A stretch of DNA of 64,000 bases from Phallusia mammillata (Eukaryota), in NCBI GenBank assembly GCA_965637545.1, contig OZ281495.1:4526001-4590000 (forward strand), given 5' to 3'. This document shows, piece after piece, positions 1 through 13,436 of the stretch (positions are counted from its first letter, which is position 1; each line of letters starts with the position of its first letter). Below the pieces are notes generated by a model. The model was not told the DNA's origin. It was given only the letters and a program-made list of their open reading frames with translations, and made no database searches. Position numbers and translations under genes: made by a program.

Positions 1-1394
1 GAATTTGATCCATCTGGATAATTATCTTGATATTGACACTTAAGTAGTATGGTACCCTTTTCCAATGTGGTATTTGGTGAACCAAATGTCCCATTGGTTG
101 AGAGACTTGCAGTTGGAGCTGATGAATTGGTTGCGTTGGGTAATAAAAGAAAAATATAAACAATGCTACAATCAATAAGTATTGAGCTAGCATTCACAAT
201 ATCTTGATTGTTGTTACAAAGTGCAAAACGCGCTGCAGATGCAGTGTTTCCAAAAATTGCAACAAACCAACAATCTTACCCGACCAATATTTCACCATAT
301 TTTCAACATCCCATTGAGCCGTTGACAAACAAATTGTGTTAGTGTTAGTGGCTGGGTTTCCATCGTGACTAAACAAACTACCTCCGTTTGAACAAGTAAA
401 CTCTCCTTGTGCATTATAAAAACCATTTGGGGCCAACACAGATACATTATGATCCAACTTTCGTTGACAATCTAAAACAACCAATGATAAATGAAGTTAC
501 AGTGAAGCAATTACCCTCTTGTCGTAGTTTACAAACTTATTGTTGCGAAGTTTATTTGTCAACCAAAATTCCAAATTTTCTGCATAAGAATGACACATTT
601 ATACCTAATATAGTGACTCTTCAGTTCAAGGCCTATTTTAAGCAGGAAAGAGTACCTTTGACTATAATATTCCTTACAGCTTGATATGTATAAGAGGTAT
701 TCAATTCAACAATGCTGTTATTCAATGTAAAACTTCTCGGTGACGTTACACCAAATGTCGTGTTAACACAAGTTCCGTTCCATTCAAGTGTTGTATATAA
801 TCCAGATGTGTTAAATGAACCAACATCGTACTTCGGTGGATCGCAAGCTTTGCCACACCAAAAATGAACCGCTTGGTCGGTGGAACCGTTATTGAAACAA
901 ACCGTCCATTGCAAATCAGGTAGAGTTTCTCCGTTCACAATACATGTACTGTACCGATACATCGTTCCATTGTAGTTTGTCGCCCAAGTTGTTTGATTTG
1001 GATACAAAACATCTGCAGTAAACGTTGTAATAAATTTACTGCACTATATGTTTTTTTGCTAGCTAGACGATAGGACTTTTAATTCCCCAAAAAAACATTG
1101 TTGGTGAAACAATTCCATTTTCTTGACTAAAAGCGCCAAATCTTTAAAGCATTAATTTGGTCCACCAACCAATCAGCGTATATTCTGCAATGTTTATTAT
1201 TTGCAAAAATATACCAATACAATAGACTAATTCTTCTTAATGCGTGGTCGTGAAAACTATTTAACTATTAATATAAACTTTGCAGGAAGTTTTGAACAAT
1301 AAGTCCTACCTCGTGTGTCGCTTTGACTTGTGGATGTGTTAACCCAAAAACCAAAATACCACAAACAAACAACAATAGAACGAAACATTATCAT
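1..1394 (-). CDS. Receptor copy A, 5' part: signal peptide, Ig-like D1, sushi/CCP, start of second Ig-like domain; runs off the left edge
   Basis: Exons (minus) 1394-1310 (MIMFRSIVVCLWYFGFWVNTSTSQSDTR, signal-like), 1012-656 (357 nt, C..LPDLQW Ig pattern), 471-280 (192 nt, C..NG..GEFTC..C..W CCP pattern) and 118-1 (open to the edge). All have GT/AG sites in phase 1, with lengths identical to copy D. Confidence 0.85.
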
Positions 1395-2601
1395 GAGTCA
1401 ACTTGCTGTCGTGCTTTTTTGTGTTCGATCAGATTCTCACTCACTCAGAACTGACTGACGACCAAGACCATATGCCATCTTGCGAAGTAGCCGAATTTTT
1501 TCCTGTGTTTACCTAATCTATACGATCACGGTGTTATTTTTTTGTTAGAACAGCGTGAGCTCTTGCACCAACTACAGGTTTGAGAACATAATGGTTTAAT
1601 CCCTTTTGCTCCGCGAAAAATTTGGTGGCATAGTTAGTTGTGAAAATTAAATCAACTATGAACACTACATCAGTAAATGAGGGGTAAATGACAACGTATG
1701 CACGAAAAGCTACTTTTTGCGCGAGACTTTTGTAGTGCGAATTTAATGAGGGGGGCAATCAAAACAAATGAGGGGCAATCAAAACAGTTGTGAAAACAAT
1801 TTATAAATTGTTTGTTACGTAGTTAGATAAATACACGTACACAAAATTTGTGTGTTGATCTCCTGTTCCCGTCTAACGGATACCGAGTCGGCCAAAAACC
1901 TGGCCCGAAAGTAAAAGTACAAGCCCGAAACTAGATCCAAACCACATATTGATAAGGCAGAATTGAGTCCAAGCGATTTATCATCTTAAAATTGCGACAC
2001 TAAGACATGTTAACACACATCAACTCCTCTTGTAAAAAGACATTTTAAATATTTCTACTTTCTTTTTTACCGTATTTTGAACAGGTATAGCAAATTAAGG
2101 GTTTGGCAAAACCTTTAAACTGTTGCCAGCGGATAATTTTGACCCTGGACAATGTAAACTGTACAGCGTATGGCAAATACACGGAAGTTTCGACACAAGC
2201 TGCATAAACGCGTGTAAACCAAACACCTGAGTTTATGGCACATAGAAACACAATTGGCTAAAAAATGTGCGAGTCCACAACATTTACTCGACCAACATGA
2301 AACAACCCACTGAATTATCACAGTAAAATTGTTAACATTACCTACGTCCAATAACTTTTGGAGTGTTGTTAAGTTTGGAAGTAGCAAACACACACGTGGT
2401 TGTTCTTGTTTATGTTACCAAGTGACTGCAATAACTTACTCCTTGCCGACATCTAGGAGTATAAATTTTTCACAACGCCCTACATGTAAAAATGTGGACT
2501 TGGTCTATCTCTAAAAACATTACTGGTTTAAAAAGGTAGTTTCCTGAATCAAGTCTGTTTTAAGTTTCTTAAACTCTGAATTTGAATGTAATGATCTATA
2601 A

Positions 2602-2710
2602 CACCTATCTGTTTTTTTATACGCAATTCTTTTAAAACACATACTTTCGAGCTCTTAACACCTGTCTGTTTTTTTATACGCAATTATTTTAAAACACATA
2701 CTTTCGAGCT
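2602..2710. repeat. Local tandem duplication (~55 bp x2) private to the first unit
   Basis: acacct(a/g)tctgttttttatacgcaatt(c/a)ttttaaaacacatactttcgagct occurs twice here, but once at the equivalent sites near 10492 and 18303. Confidence 0.85.
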
Positions 2711-3129
2711 TTTTGGCTGCTACCTATAAGTCAGTTTTAAACCAAATGTTTTCTTTTAATCAAACGCAACACTTATCCATACAGAATCGTCTCTAAAATA
2801 GAATGAAAGGCACCTCAATAACAGTTCATTGAAACTATGCGGAGCCGAACAAAAGCGTGCCTCAGAAAAGACCACGGCAGTGGCCAGCATGTTACCATCA
2901 GTCACTTGTGAAGTAACCGTGCACTGCCAATTTGTGCAATAGCACACACATACACATTGTAAACAAATTTGTGACAGTATTACATCCAAGTGAACTGAGT
3001 TTCTTACATGAGTCTAAGCTATGTGGCACAGGGTGGTCGACATATGTAAAGATTACTTAGCGGGTTGTGGTGTGCTTTTCTACTTTGCGTAGTATCGGTG
3101 TGCCTGGAAATGCAAGAACAACAAGACGC

Positions 3130-4960
3130 ATACTTTAAGGTCAACGGCCATTTAAGCTGGTCTTGCTCACTGATAGGCTTATAGTCCCCAGTTGACGCAT
3201 ATTCGTGACACATGTGCTCACCTATGAAACGTGTTTTTTTCAGATTGTTCGTTGTTGCTCATAATCGTCGATGTTTTCAATTCAGGCGAGATAATTCTCA
3301 CAACTTGCTCGAGAAGACAAATACAGAAAAACCGAGTTTAAACAACCGGTGTCTTTGCAGTAGGTTATAGCTACTGAAGTTGAGTGTGCAAACAAAATCG
3401 TGACTGAATTTGCCGATCAGTTTATCTCTGCGGCATTCACCGGGGATTTGATGTTGGAGCTCACGACTCAAGTACTGTGCTACGTCCTTTCTGGTTGGGG
3501 ATAAATCTAAAGAGAGGATTAGAAAAAATCTTCTTTCAAGATAAAAAATGACAGATATAATAGCCACGTAATTGGCAGCCACGTGATTGAATCCAGCCAC
3601 TGTTGGTAACAATGTTATTTTTCCCAAAACTTGTTACACCAGCTTACCAGGAAAGATGTGCAACATTACCCCAAAGAACGTATCTTAAACCAGTGGTTCC
3701 CAAAAATTTTTAACGTAACTCAAAAACTTCTAAACAGTTTTTTGTGGTTTCTCGCGACTCCCGGATTGTTGTAATTTTAGTTGTATTTTTGTCTGGTTTA
3801 TTGTCAACTAATGCATCATTTTGGAAATGTTTAGTCAAAACATCAGACAGATATTATTCGTTTGTTTCACTAAATATTCTTATTTACCCGAAGTTTTTGG
3901 TGCATTGTCAGCCCATCAACACTTAACAATACGATGACAGACAACGTATCGCGTCGCAAACAAAGGTAAATATTAATACGGCAAAGAAATTTGTCATAAA
4001 ACATTTTGAAGCTTTCGGAAAAAAGCGACCAAAGAGGTTGATAGGGTTGGTTTTTAACATGGCAAACGAAAGTGCAATTTTACTGCTTTTTGTTCCAGAG
4101 CTCGAAAACCCACAAAAACTTGACATACTCGAATAGAAAACTAAAGTAAAAAATCAGCTAATAAGGCAGCATTTGAATTTGTATTTTATAAATAGCGCCA
4201 GTAACTTCCAACCACTACCAGTAACATTGTTATTATTTTAAAAATAGTTTTTCTGCAACGTGATGCCATTTTGAAGGTTTTAAACACTTATTTTATACAA
4301 TGACAACAATTTGCAATTCTACATTAAACAAAATGTGTTCAAAAATTTTTCCCGATGATAATCTGTCTGTATCAATGCCGTGAAATTGATAAGATACGAA
4401 GTAAAACGCGACCACGCGGTGGTGTGTTGGGAATTTGCAAACAAATGATGTCTGACAGGCAAAGATTCGGGCTATAAAATATTCGTCTTTATAACATCTG
4501 GACACATATGTTCTTCAACATGCTAATGCCGCAGTTAAAACTCTATTTGATACATATTACAATTGAAGCAATGGGTTTATGATTTATTCCCTTACTAAAG
4601 ACAAAACATTTCAATTTACATAGTGGTGTTAAAGGGGTTTGTCACTCTACCTTTAGCAGTTGTGTTCATACAGTTGACAAGCATGGGAACTGGAAGGCGT
4701 TATTTTTTTCAACTTATATGTTAATTAACCTAGAAAAAACAACCAGCTAAACCCTCGTGTTGAGCTGTAGTGTAACCTTACATGAAGCTCGGTGCCTACG
4801 TGAGACCAGAAGAAAAGTAAACTTTCATTGTTTGTTTCACAATCTTTCGTTGATAACTGTAGCACAGTGCTTGTTGACAGATACTTCAGGCCACAGTTGC
4901 AGCCTGGGAAAATTCAATACACTATCGCTGTGTTAACAATCTCATACTTGGTCCTGAATG
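3130..4960 (+). pseudogene. Possible decayed BTB-BACK-Kelch (Kelch-like) gene; copies at ~10960-12790, ~18760-20590 and partial ~27680-27990
   Basis: Broken plus-strand frames appear in the expected order: LLIIVDVFNSGEIILT (BTB-like, ~3250), CANKIVTEFADQFISAAF and ERIRKNLLSR (BACK-like, ~3390-3540), then YNIWTHM and IYIV..VHTVDKHGNW (Kelch-like, ~4490-4700). There are many stops and frameshifts. Motif recognition is by eye only. Confidence 0.3.
3691..3920. mobile_element. hAT-type MITE left-end remnant (also ~11519 and ~19310)
   Basis: Begins CAGTGGTTCCCAAA, the same terminus type as the complete hAT MITEs at 53425 and 58267. The right terminus is not recognisable. Confidence 0.4.
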
Positions 4961-5596
4961 TTAATTAGCCTAACTTTACAAAACAACTAAAAATAAGTTT
5001 TTCAAGTAATCACTAAACTAATACCAATTTGTCGGTTTTGATTTACTGCTTATTTTTTTAAAAACTTCTGATAACCTTTATTTTACAGCAACTTGCAAAT
5101 GATCTATTACGCAACTTGAGAATGTACCAATTAGTAATTAAGTACAAGCAACTAGCAGTAAGATAAATTTTAGGAATAAATCTGTTTTGGAGGGCAATGC
5201 GTATATCCTCTTATTCTTGCCACGATTGACAAGGATATATGTAAGAGAATATCAACAAACAATTAGTTATCACAACGCTAATATTGTCACATCACTTATC
5301 AACGTTTGGGATTGGGGTAAAAGTCTAGTGGAATGGCAAAATGCGAAGAAAGAAATAACTTACATGGTTGTCAAATTACAAAAATCATCACATAAAAACC
5401 ATGAGGTTAATTGTCAAAAACAAACTTATAACATCGACAAAACAACAACCATTGTGCAGAAAATTAGCTGTGTACAAGCATCTGGGTTATATAAAACCAG
5501 CAACCACTACAGTGCGAATCTAAAATGCAAGATAATCAAGGGCAATGGCATAGAATTTTCGAAATATTAGATATACCAAAAATATAGATTAAACGT

Positions 5597-8500
5597 TTAC
5601 TGGTCATACACTTCATAGGTTGTGTCTGTTGGTCCCTCTCTGTCATTATCTGTGCATGACAAATTAACTACTTTTTAACAGGTATTTCGGTTGAATATTG
5701 CAACTCAGCACTAACCATTTGAAGAGCGAAAGTCAGCAGTAGAATGGTCAACCTTCATTTCTTCGAAAAATAAAAAAAAAGTTTAATGAGTATACGGAAA
5801 ACATTATGGATATTTGTGTATTGACAACGAAAGAAATGCTACACCAACCTCAATTTCGATTCGCACTATTTGATTGTCTTCTTTAAAGATCTTAACACTT
5901 TCTCCACTTACCCGTCATGAGGAAAACATTCCTAGGCAGAAGAATTAATAACAGTCCAAACAATTCTATTAAAGCAATAGCACCCACGACACTAACAGCA
6001 ATAATAAGTGCTTGGTTTTCATTTCCATCACATATTTCGGATTCCATAATAATGGTAAACATCACAACAAGATCAGTAAATCCCTCAATTGGAGATTTAA
6101 TACGTAACTGGTAAGTTTCAACAGCTGCAAATGTCTTAAAAAGGTATATCAGTTGCGAACAATGATAATTAGAAAAAAAAAACTTACCTCAATTACAAAA
6201 ACAAACGTTTGGTTTGTGCTATCGTTGCGGTCAGCTGTTAAAGAACAACCACGACAAACCACAATTTCATCTACAAAAATGGCAATAAACAATAAGCACA
6301 CTTACATTACGGTGCTTGAATTTTGAATAAATGTTACCGTCTTTGGTCAACGTGTATTGAAATGAAGGGGGGTTGGAAGTAAACCTTACAAAACAACTTC
6401 CATTGACCACCTCATCCGATTGACAAGTTGTGTGACTGTTGATTTTTTCAGGTGAATCTGTCAAATACTTACATTTTAGTAATATTATTCAAATGCATTG
6501 AGATAAATAAATTGTAAATTTCATTAAAAAAGTATATTTTATTGAAAGTTACAGTACATGTTTAGCACCACCGACTTACATGTAACGTTTAAAAAGTATG
6601 TGCTTGTAAAATTTCCAAAAGCATCGCTTGTTAGGCAAATATAGTTTCCAAGGTCTTTTTTGGTCACATTATTCAAATTTAAAACGTTATTAAATTTGTC
6701 TATACCCCGCGTCTGGTCAGAAATTTGCCACTGAAATTTTGTGTCGAGTTCAATTGAATAGTCGATCGAGCAACTTAATGAGACATTTTCTCCGGCTTTT
6801 GTGGGTGTGTTGTTCACAACAAGCCCAGTAATGTAGGGTGCCCCTGAACAAAAACCAATTAATAATTTAACAAATCTACAAACAAAACATGAAACTCAAT
6901 ACTAAAACCTCCGGAACGTTTGTGGCAAACGTCATAAAAACTTACTAACGGTAACAACTGTGACATTAAGTTGCGAAACATCGCTACCAGCAATGTTACT
7001 TGAATTGCATGAAACTGATGCAGATTCTCCAAAACTGTGAGACAAAACACAAGAACTCTTGTTATGAATTATCTTTCCGATTTGAAATTTACAAATAGCA
7101 GGTGGATTTGCTTCTTTCAAACAGTTTAATGTCACTGTTTGTTCACCATCAAGAAAAACACCAAATTCATTTTCAATCGATAAATTACTAGATGTAATAT
7201 ATATCTTATTATGAATAGGTGGATCTGCAATAAATGTTGGTTGTTTTAGTTGTTTATGTTTCATTACGCATGAAAGCCAAAACCTACAAAAGACGTCAAG
7301 AAAAATCGTGCTCTGTAACATGTCGAATTTGTCTTCTGTCTGACATGTGTAGTTCCTTGTGTCAAACTTTTCTCAAGAATTGCTACTGTTCTTTTCTTTT
7401 TTCCCATTGAAAAGCCAATAACAGTTCGCAGGAGGATTTGCTTCATTTAAGCAATAAAATGTGACAATCTGTTCAGAGTTTAAAAGAATCACTTCACCCG
7501 ATGTTATTAGATTTGGTGATGCAAGATATGAGAGTTGTACATTATGTGGAGGATCTGTATAGCGTAAAGCATACATATTAAACTATGTAAATCTGTAGCA
7601 CAAATCTTACTTACACTGTTCATTCAGAATTGGAACGTTTGATTTTCCAAGTGTGTCGTCAAACTCCGTGTATGATGCGACATTCCTGTGCTTGAATGTT
7701 GGAGTAAACGGTACTCCTAGAGTCTATACAAATGTTTAAAAAATATCAAAACGCTATATTTCTAAACCTTCCGAAAAACGACTATACCAACGTTAAATAA
7801 ACATCACTAATATACACACTCGATTCCTGTCATCTTAAACCTCCTGGAATCAAACACCGTTAAACTAATAAAGCGACTGATCAAAAAACGAAACATCATA
7901 AACTTGAACAGTTTTTCCAATTATTGTATATATTGAGTATAACTTGCCTTGGAAACATTGTTATGGAGAATTGTACCAAAGTAATATCTAGAATTTGACC
8001 CATTTGGATATTGATTTTGATATTGACACTTAAGTAGTATGGTGCGATTTTCTGGTTTGGTATATGATGAACCAACAGTTCTATTGATTGAGACACTTGC
8101 AGTTGGAGCTGTATGTTTGTGTGGTTAATTGATTGCGTTCAGTAATAAAAGAAGCAGCAAAATAAGAACACTGCTACAATCAATATGTATTGAGCTAGCA
8201 TTTACAATATCTGGATTGTGGTTACAAACTGCAAAACGCGCTGCAGATACAGTGTTTCCAAAAATGCAACAAACCAACCAATCTTACCCGACCAATATTC
8301 CACTATATTTTCAACATCCCATTGAGCCGTTGACAAACACTTTGTGTTAGTGTTAGTGGCTGGGTTTCCATCGATAGTGAACAAACTTCCTTCGCTTGAA
8401 CAAGTAAACTCTCCTTGTGTGTTATAGAAACCATTTGGGGCCAACACAGATACATTATGATCCAACGTTCGTTGACAATCTAAAACAACCAATGATAAAT

Positions 8501-9334
8501 GAAGTTACAGTGAAGCAAATACCCTCTTGTCGTAGTTTTGAAACTAACTGTTGCAAAGTTTATTTGTCAACCGAAATTCGAAATTTTCTGCATAAGAATG
8601 ACACATTTGTACTTAATATAGTGACTCTTCAGTTCAAGGCCTATCAATTCAACAATGCTGTTATTCAATGAAAAACTTCTCGGTGACGTTACACCAAATG
8701 TCGTGTTAACACAAGTTCCGTTCCATTCAAGTGTTGTATATAATCCAGATGTGTTAAATGAACCAACATCGTACTTCGGTGGATCGCAAGCTTTGCCACA
8801 CCAAAAATAAACCGCTTGGTCGGTGGAACCGTTATTGAACCAAACCGTCCATTGCAAATCAGGTAGAGTTTCTCCGCTCACATTGCATGTACTATACCAA
8901 TACATCGTTCCATTGTAGTTTGTCGCCCAAGTTGTTTGATTTGGATACAAAACATCTGCAGTAAACGTTGTAATAAATTTACTGCACTATATGTTTTTTT
9001 ACTAGCTAGACGACTTTTAATTAAAAAAAAAAAACATTGTTGATGAAACAATTCCACTTTCTTGACCAAAAGCGCCAAATCTTTAAAGCATTAATTTAGT
9101 CCACCAACCAATCAGCATATATTCTGCAATGTTTTAAATTTGCAAAAATATATAAAATACAATGGACTAGTTTTTCTTAATCCGTGGTCCTGAAGACTAT
9201 TTAACTATTAATATAAACCTTGCAGAAAGTTTTGAACAATAACTCCTACCTCGTGTGTCGCTTTGACTTGTGGATGTGTTAACCCAAAAACAAAAACACC
9301 ACAAACAAACAACTAATGAACGAAACATTGTCAT
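5597..9334 (-). pseudogene. Receptor copy B, probably pseudogene (or truncated secreted product)
   Basis: Exons 9334-9250, 8955-(donor lost), 8479-8288, 8108-7948, 7723-7615, 7554-7373 (stop), 7224-6946, 6843-6580, 6457-6338, 6270-6188, 6134-5912 (TM) and tail exons to TAA at 5597. Lesions versus A/D: a 65-nt deletion at 8644/8645 removes the exon-2 donor, a 21-nt deletion in exon 5 removes the F-strand Cys, a ~350-nt deletion creates TGA at 7375-7373, and a ~54-nt deletion near 5884 removes the first tail-exon acceptor. Confidence 0.8.
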
Positions 9335-12300
9335 GAGCCAACTTCCTGCCTTGCTCTTTGTGTTCGATCAGATTCTCACACACTCAGCTTACTGACGGCC
9401 AAGACCATATGCCATATTGCGAAGTAGCTAAATTTTTTCATGTGTTTACCTAATCTATACGATCACGGTGTTATTTTTTTGTTAGAACAGCGTGAGCTCT
9501 TGCATCAACTACAGGTTTGCACGAAAAGCTACGAAAAGTTTAAACAGGTTAGTGTGAATTTAATAAGGGGGAGGGGTGGGGGGGGTAAATACGGTGCTAT
9601 ACTAAACTCAACAAACTATTCCAACAGAATAACATTAGGTCTAAATAAAACGATAGAAAATTGAAAGACGTCGACCCAATTAAAACAGTTGTGAAAAAGT
9701 CAATTTATAAATTGTTTGTTACGTAGTTAGGTAAATACACGTACACAAAATATGTGTGTTGATCTCCTGTTCCCGTCTAACGAATACCGAGTAGGCCAAA
9801 AACCCTAGCCCGAAAGTAAAAATACAAGCCCGAAACTAGATCCAAACCACATATTGATAAGGCAGAATTGAGTCCAAGCGATTTATCATCTTAAAATTGC
9901 GACACTAAGACATGTTAACACACATCAACTCCTCTTGTAAAAAGACATTTTAAATATTCCTACTTTCTTTATTACCATATTTTAAACAATCGTAGCAAAT
10001 TAAGGGTTTGACAAAACCTTTAAACTGTTGCCAGCGGATAACTTTGACCCTGGACTATGTAAACTGTACAGCGTATGGCAAATACACGGACGTTTGGGAC
10101 ACAAGCTGCATAAACGCGTGTAAACCAAACACCTGAGTTTATGGCACATCGAAACACAATTGGCTAAATAATGTGTGAGCCCACAACATTTACTCGACCA
10201 ACGTAAAACAACCCATTGAATTATGGCAATAAAATTGTTAACATAACCTACGACCGAAAACTTTTGGAGTGCTGTTAAATTTGGAAGTAGCAAACACACC
10301 GTGGTTGTTCTTGTTCATGTTACCCAGTGACTGCAATAACTTACTCCTTGGCGACATCTAGGAGTATAAATTTTTCACAACGCTATGGACTTGGTCTATC
10401 TCTAAAAACATTACTGGTTTAAAAAGGTAGTTTCCTGAATCCAGTCTGTTTTAAGTTTCTTAAACTCTGAATTTGAATGTAATGATCTATAACACCTATC
10501 TGTTTTTTTATACGCAATTATTTTAAAACACATACTTTCGAGCTTTATGGCTGCTACCTACAAGTCAGTTTTAAATCAAATGTTTTCTTTCAACCAAACG
10601 CAACACTGATCCATACAGAATCGTCTCTAAAATAGAATGAAAGGCACCACAATAAAAGTTCAATGAAACTATGCGGAGCCGAACAAAAGTGTGCCTCAGG
10701 AAAGACCACGGCAGTGGCCGGCATGTTACCATCAGACACTTGCGATATAACCGTGCACTGCAAATTTGTGCAAAGGCACACACACACACATTGTAAACAA
10801 ATTTGTGACAGTATTATACCCAAGTGAACTGAGTTTCTTACACGAGTCTCAGCTATCGACATATGTAAAGATTACTTAGCGGGTTGAGGTGTGCTTTTCT
10901 ACTTTGCGTAGTATCGGTGTGCGTGGAAATGCAAGAACAACAAGACGCATACTTTAAGGTCAACGGCCATTTAAGCTGGTCTTGCTCACTTTTAGGCTGA
11001 TAGTCCCCAGTTCACGCATATTCGTGACACATGTGCTCACCTATGAAACGTGTTTTTTCAGATTGTTCGTTGTTCCTCATAATCGTCGATGTTTTCAATT
11101 CAGGCGAGATAATTCTCACAACTTGCTCGAGAAGACAAACCGAGTTTGTACGGAACAACCGAGTTTAAACAACCGGTGTCTTTGCAGTAGGTTATATCTA
11201 CTGAAGTTGAGTGTGCAAACAAAATCGTCACAGAATTTGCCGATCAGTTTATCTATGCGGCATTCACCGGGGATTTGACGTTAAAGCTCACGACCCAAGT
11301 ACTGTGCTAGGTCCTTTCTGGTTGGGGATGAATCTAAAGACAGGATTAGAAAAAATCTTCTTTCAAGATTAAAAAATGACAGATATAATAGCCACGTAAT
11401 TGGCAGCCACGTGATTGAATCCAGCCACTGTTGGTAACAATGTTATTTTTCCCAAAACTTGTTACACCAGCTTACCAGGAAAGATGTGCAACATTACCCC
11501 AAAGAACGTATCTTAAATCAGTGGTTCCCAAAAATTTTTAACGTAACTCAAAAACTTCTAAACAGTTTTTTGTGGTTTATCGCGACTCCCGGATTGTTGT
11601 AATTTTAGTTGTATTTTTGTCTGGTTTATTGTCAACTAATGCATCATTTTGGAAATGTTTAGTCAAAACATCAGACAGATATTATTCGTTTGTTTCACTA
11701 AATATTCTTATTTACCCGAAGTTTTTGGTGCATTGTCAGCCCATCAACACTTAACAATACGATGACAGACAACGTATCGCGTCGCAAACAAAGGTAAATA
11801 TTAATACGGCAAAGAAATTTGTCATAAAACATTTTGAAGCTTCCGGAAAAAAGCGACCAAAGGGGTTGATAGGGTTGGTTTTTAACATGGCAAACGAAAG
11901 TGCATTTTTACTGCTTTTTGTTCCAGAGCTCGAAAACCCACAAAAACTTGACATACTCGAATAGAAAACTAAAGTAAAAAATCAGCTAATAAGACAGCAT
12001 TTGCATTTGTATCTTATAAATAACGCCAGTACCTTCCAACCACTACCAGAAACATTGTTGTTATTTCAAAAATAGTTTTTCTGCAACGTGATGCACTTTT
12101 GAAGGTTTTAAACACTTATTTTACACAATGACAACAATTTGCAAATCTACATTAAACAAAAAGTGTTTAAAAATTTTTCCCGATGATAATCTGTCTGTAT
12201 CAATGCCGTGAAATTGATAAGATACGAAGTAAAGCTCGACCACGCGGTGGTGTGTTGGGAATTTGCAAACAAATGATGTCCGATGATCTGATTCGGGCTA

Positions 12301-13436
12301 TAAAATATTCGTCTTTATAACATCTGGACACATATGTTCTTCAACATGCTAATGCCACAGTTTAAAACTCTATTTGATACATATTACAATTGAAGCAAAG
12401 GTTTATGATTTATTCCCTTACTAAAGACAAAACATTTCAATTTACATAGTGGTGTTAAAGGGGTTTGTCACTCTACCTTTAGCAGTTGTGTTCATACAGT
12501 TGACAAGCATGGGAACTGGAAGGCGTTATTTTTTCAACTTATATGTTAATTAACCTAGAAAAAAAACCCAGCTAAACCCTCGTGTTGAGCTGTAGTGTAA
12601 CCTTACATGAAGCTCGGTGCCTACGTGAGACCAGAAGAAAAGTAAACTTTCATTGTTTGTTTCACAATCTTTCGTTGATAACTGTAGCACAGTGCTTGTT
12701 GACAGATACTTCAGGCCACAGTTGCAGCCTGGGAAAATTCAATACACTATCGCTGTGTTAACAATCTCATACTTGGTCCTGAATGTTAATTAGCCTAACT
12801 TTACAAAACAACTAAAAATAAGTTTTTCAAGTAATCACTAAACTAATACCAATTTGTCGGTTTTGATTTACTGCTTATTTTTTTAAAAACTTCTGATAAC
12901 CTTTATTTTACATCAACTTGCAAATGATCTATTACGCAACTTGAGAATGTACCAACAACTAGTAATTAAGTACAAGCAACTAGCAGTAAGATAAATTTTA
13001 GGAATAAATCTGTTTTGGAGGGCAATGCGTATATCCTCTTATTCTTGCCACGATTGACAAGGATATATGTAAGAGAATATCAACAAACAATTAGTTATCA
13101 CAACGCTAATATTGTCACATCACTTATCAACGTTTGGGATTGGGGTAAAAGTCTAGTGGAATGGCAATATACGAAGTAAAGAAATAACTTACATGGTTGT
13201 CAAATTAAAAAAATCATCACATAAAAACCATGAGGTTAATTGTCAAAAACAAACTTATAACATCGACAAAACAACAACCACTGTGTACAAAATTAGCTGT
13301 GAACAAGCATCTGGGTTATATAAAACCAGCAACCACTACAGTGCGAATCTAAAATGCAAGATAATCAAGGGCAATGGCATAGAATTTTCGAAATATTAGA
13401 TATACCAAAAATTTATTAAGGAATAGATTAAACGTT

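Noticed and set aside
3298-5570. ORFs 3298-3627, 3923-4126, 4293-4505 and 5187-5570 and their copies in other units
   Set aside because: They recur only because the DNA is duplicated; starts, stops and frames differ between copies and there are no domain signatures.
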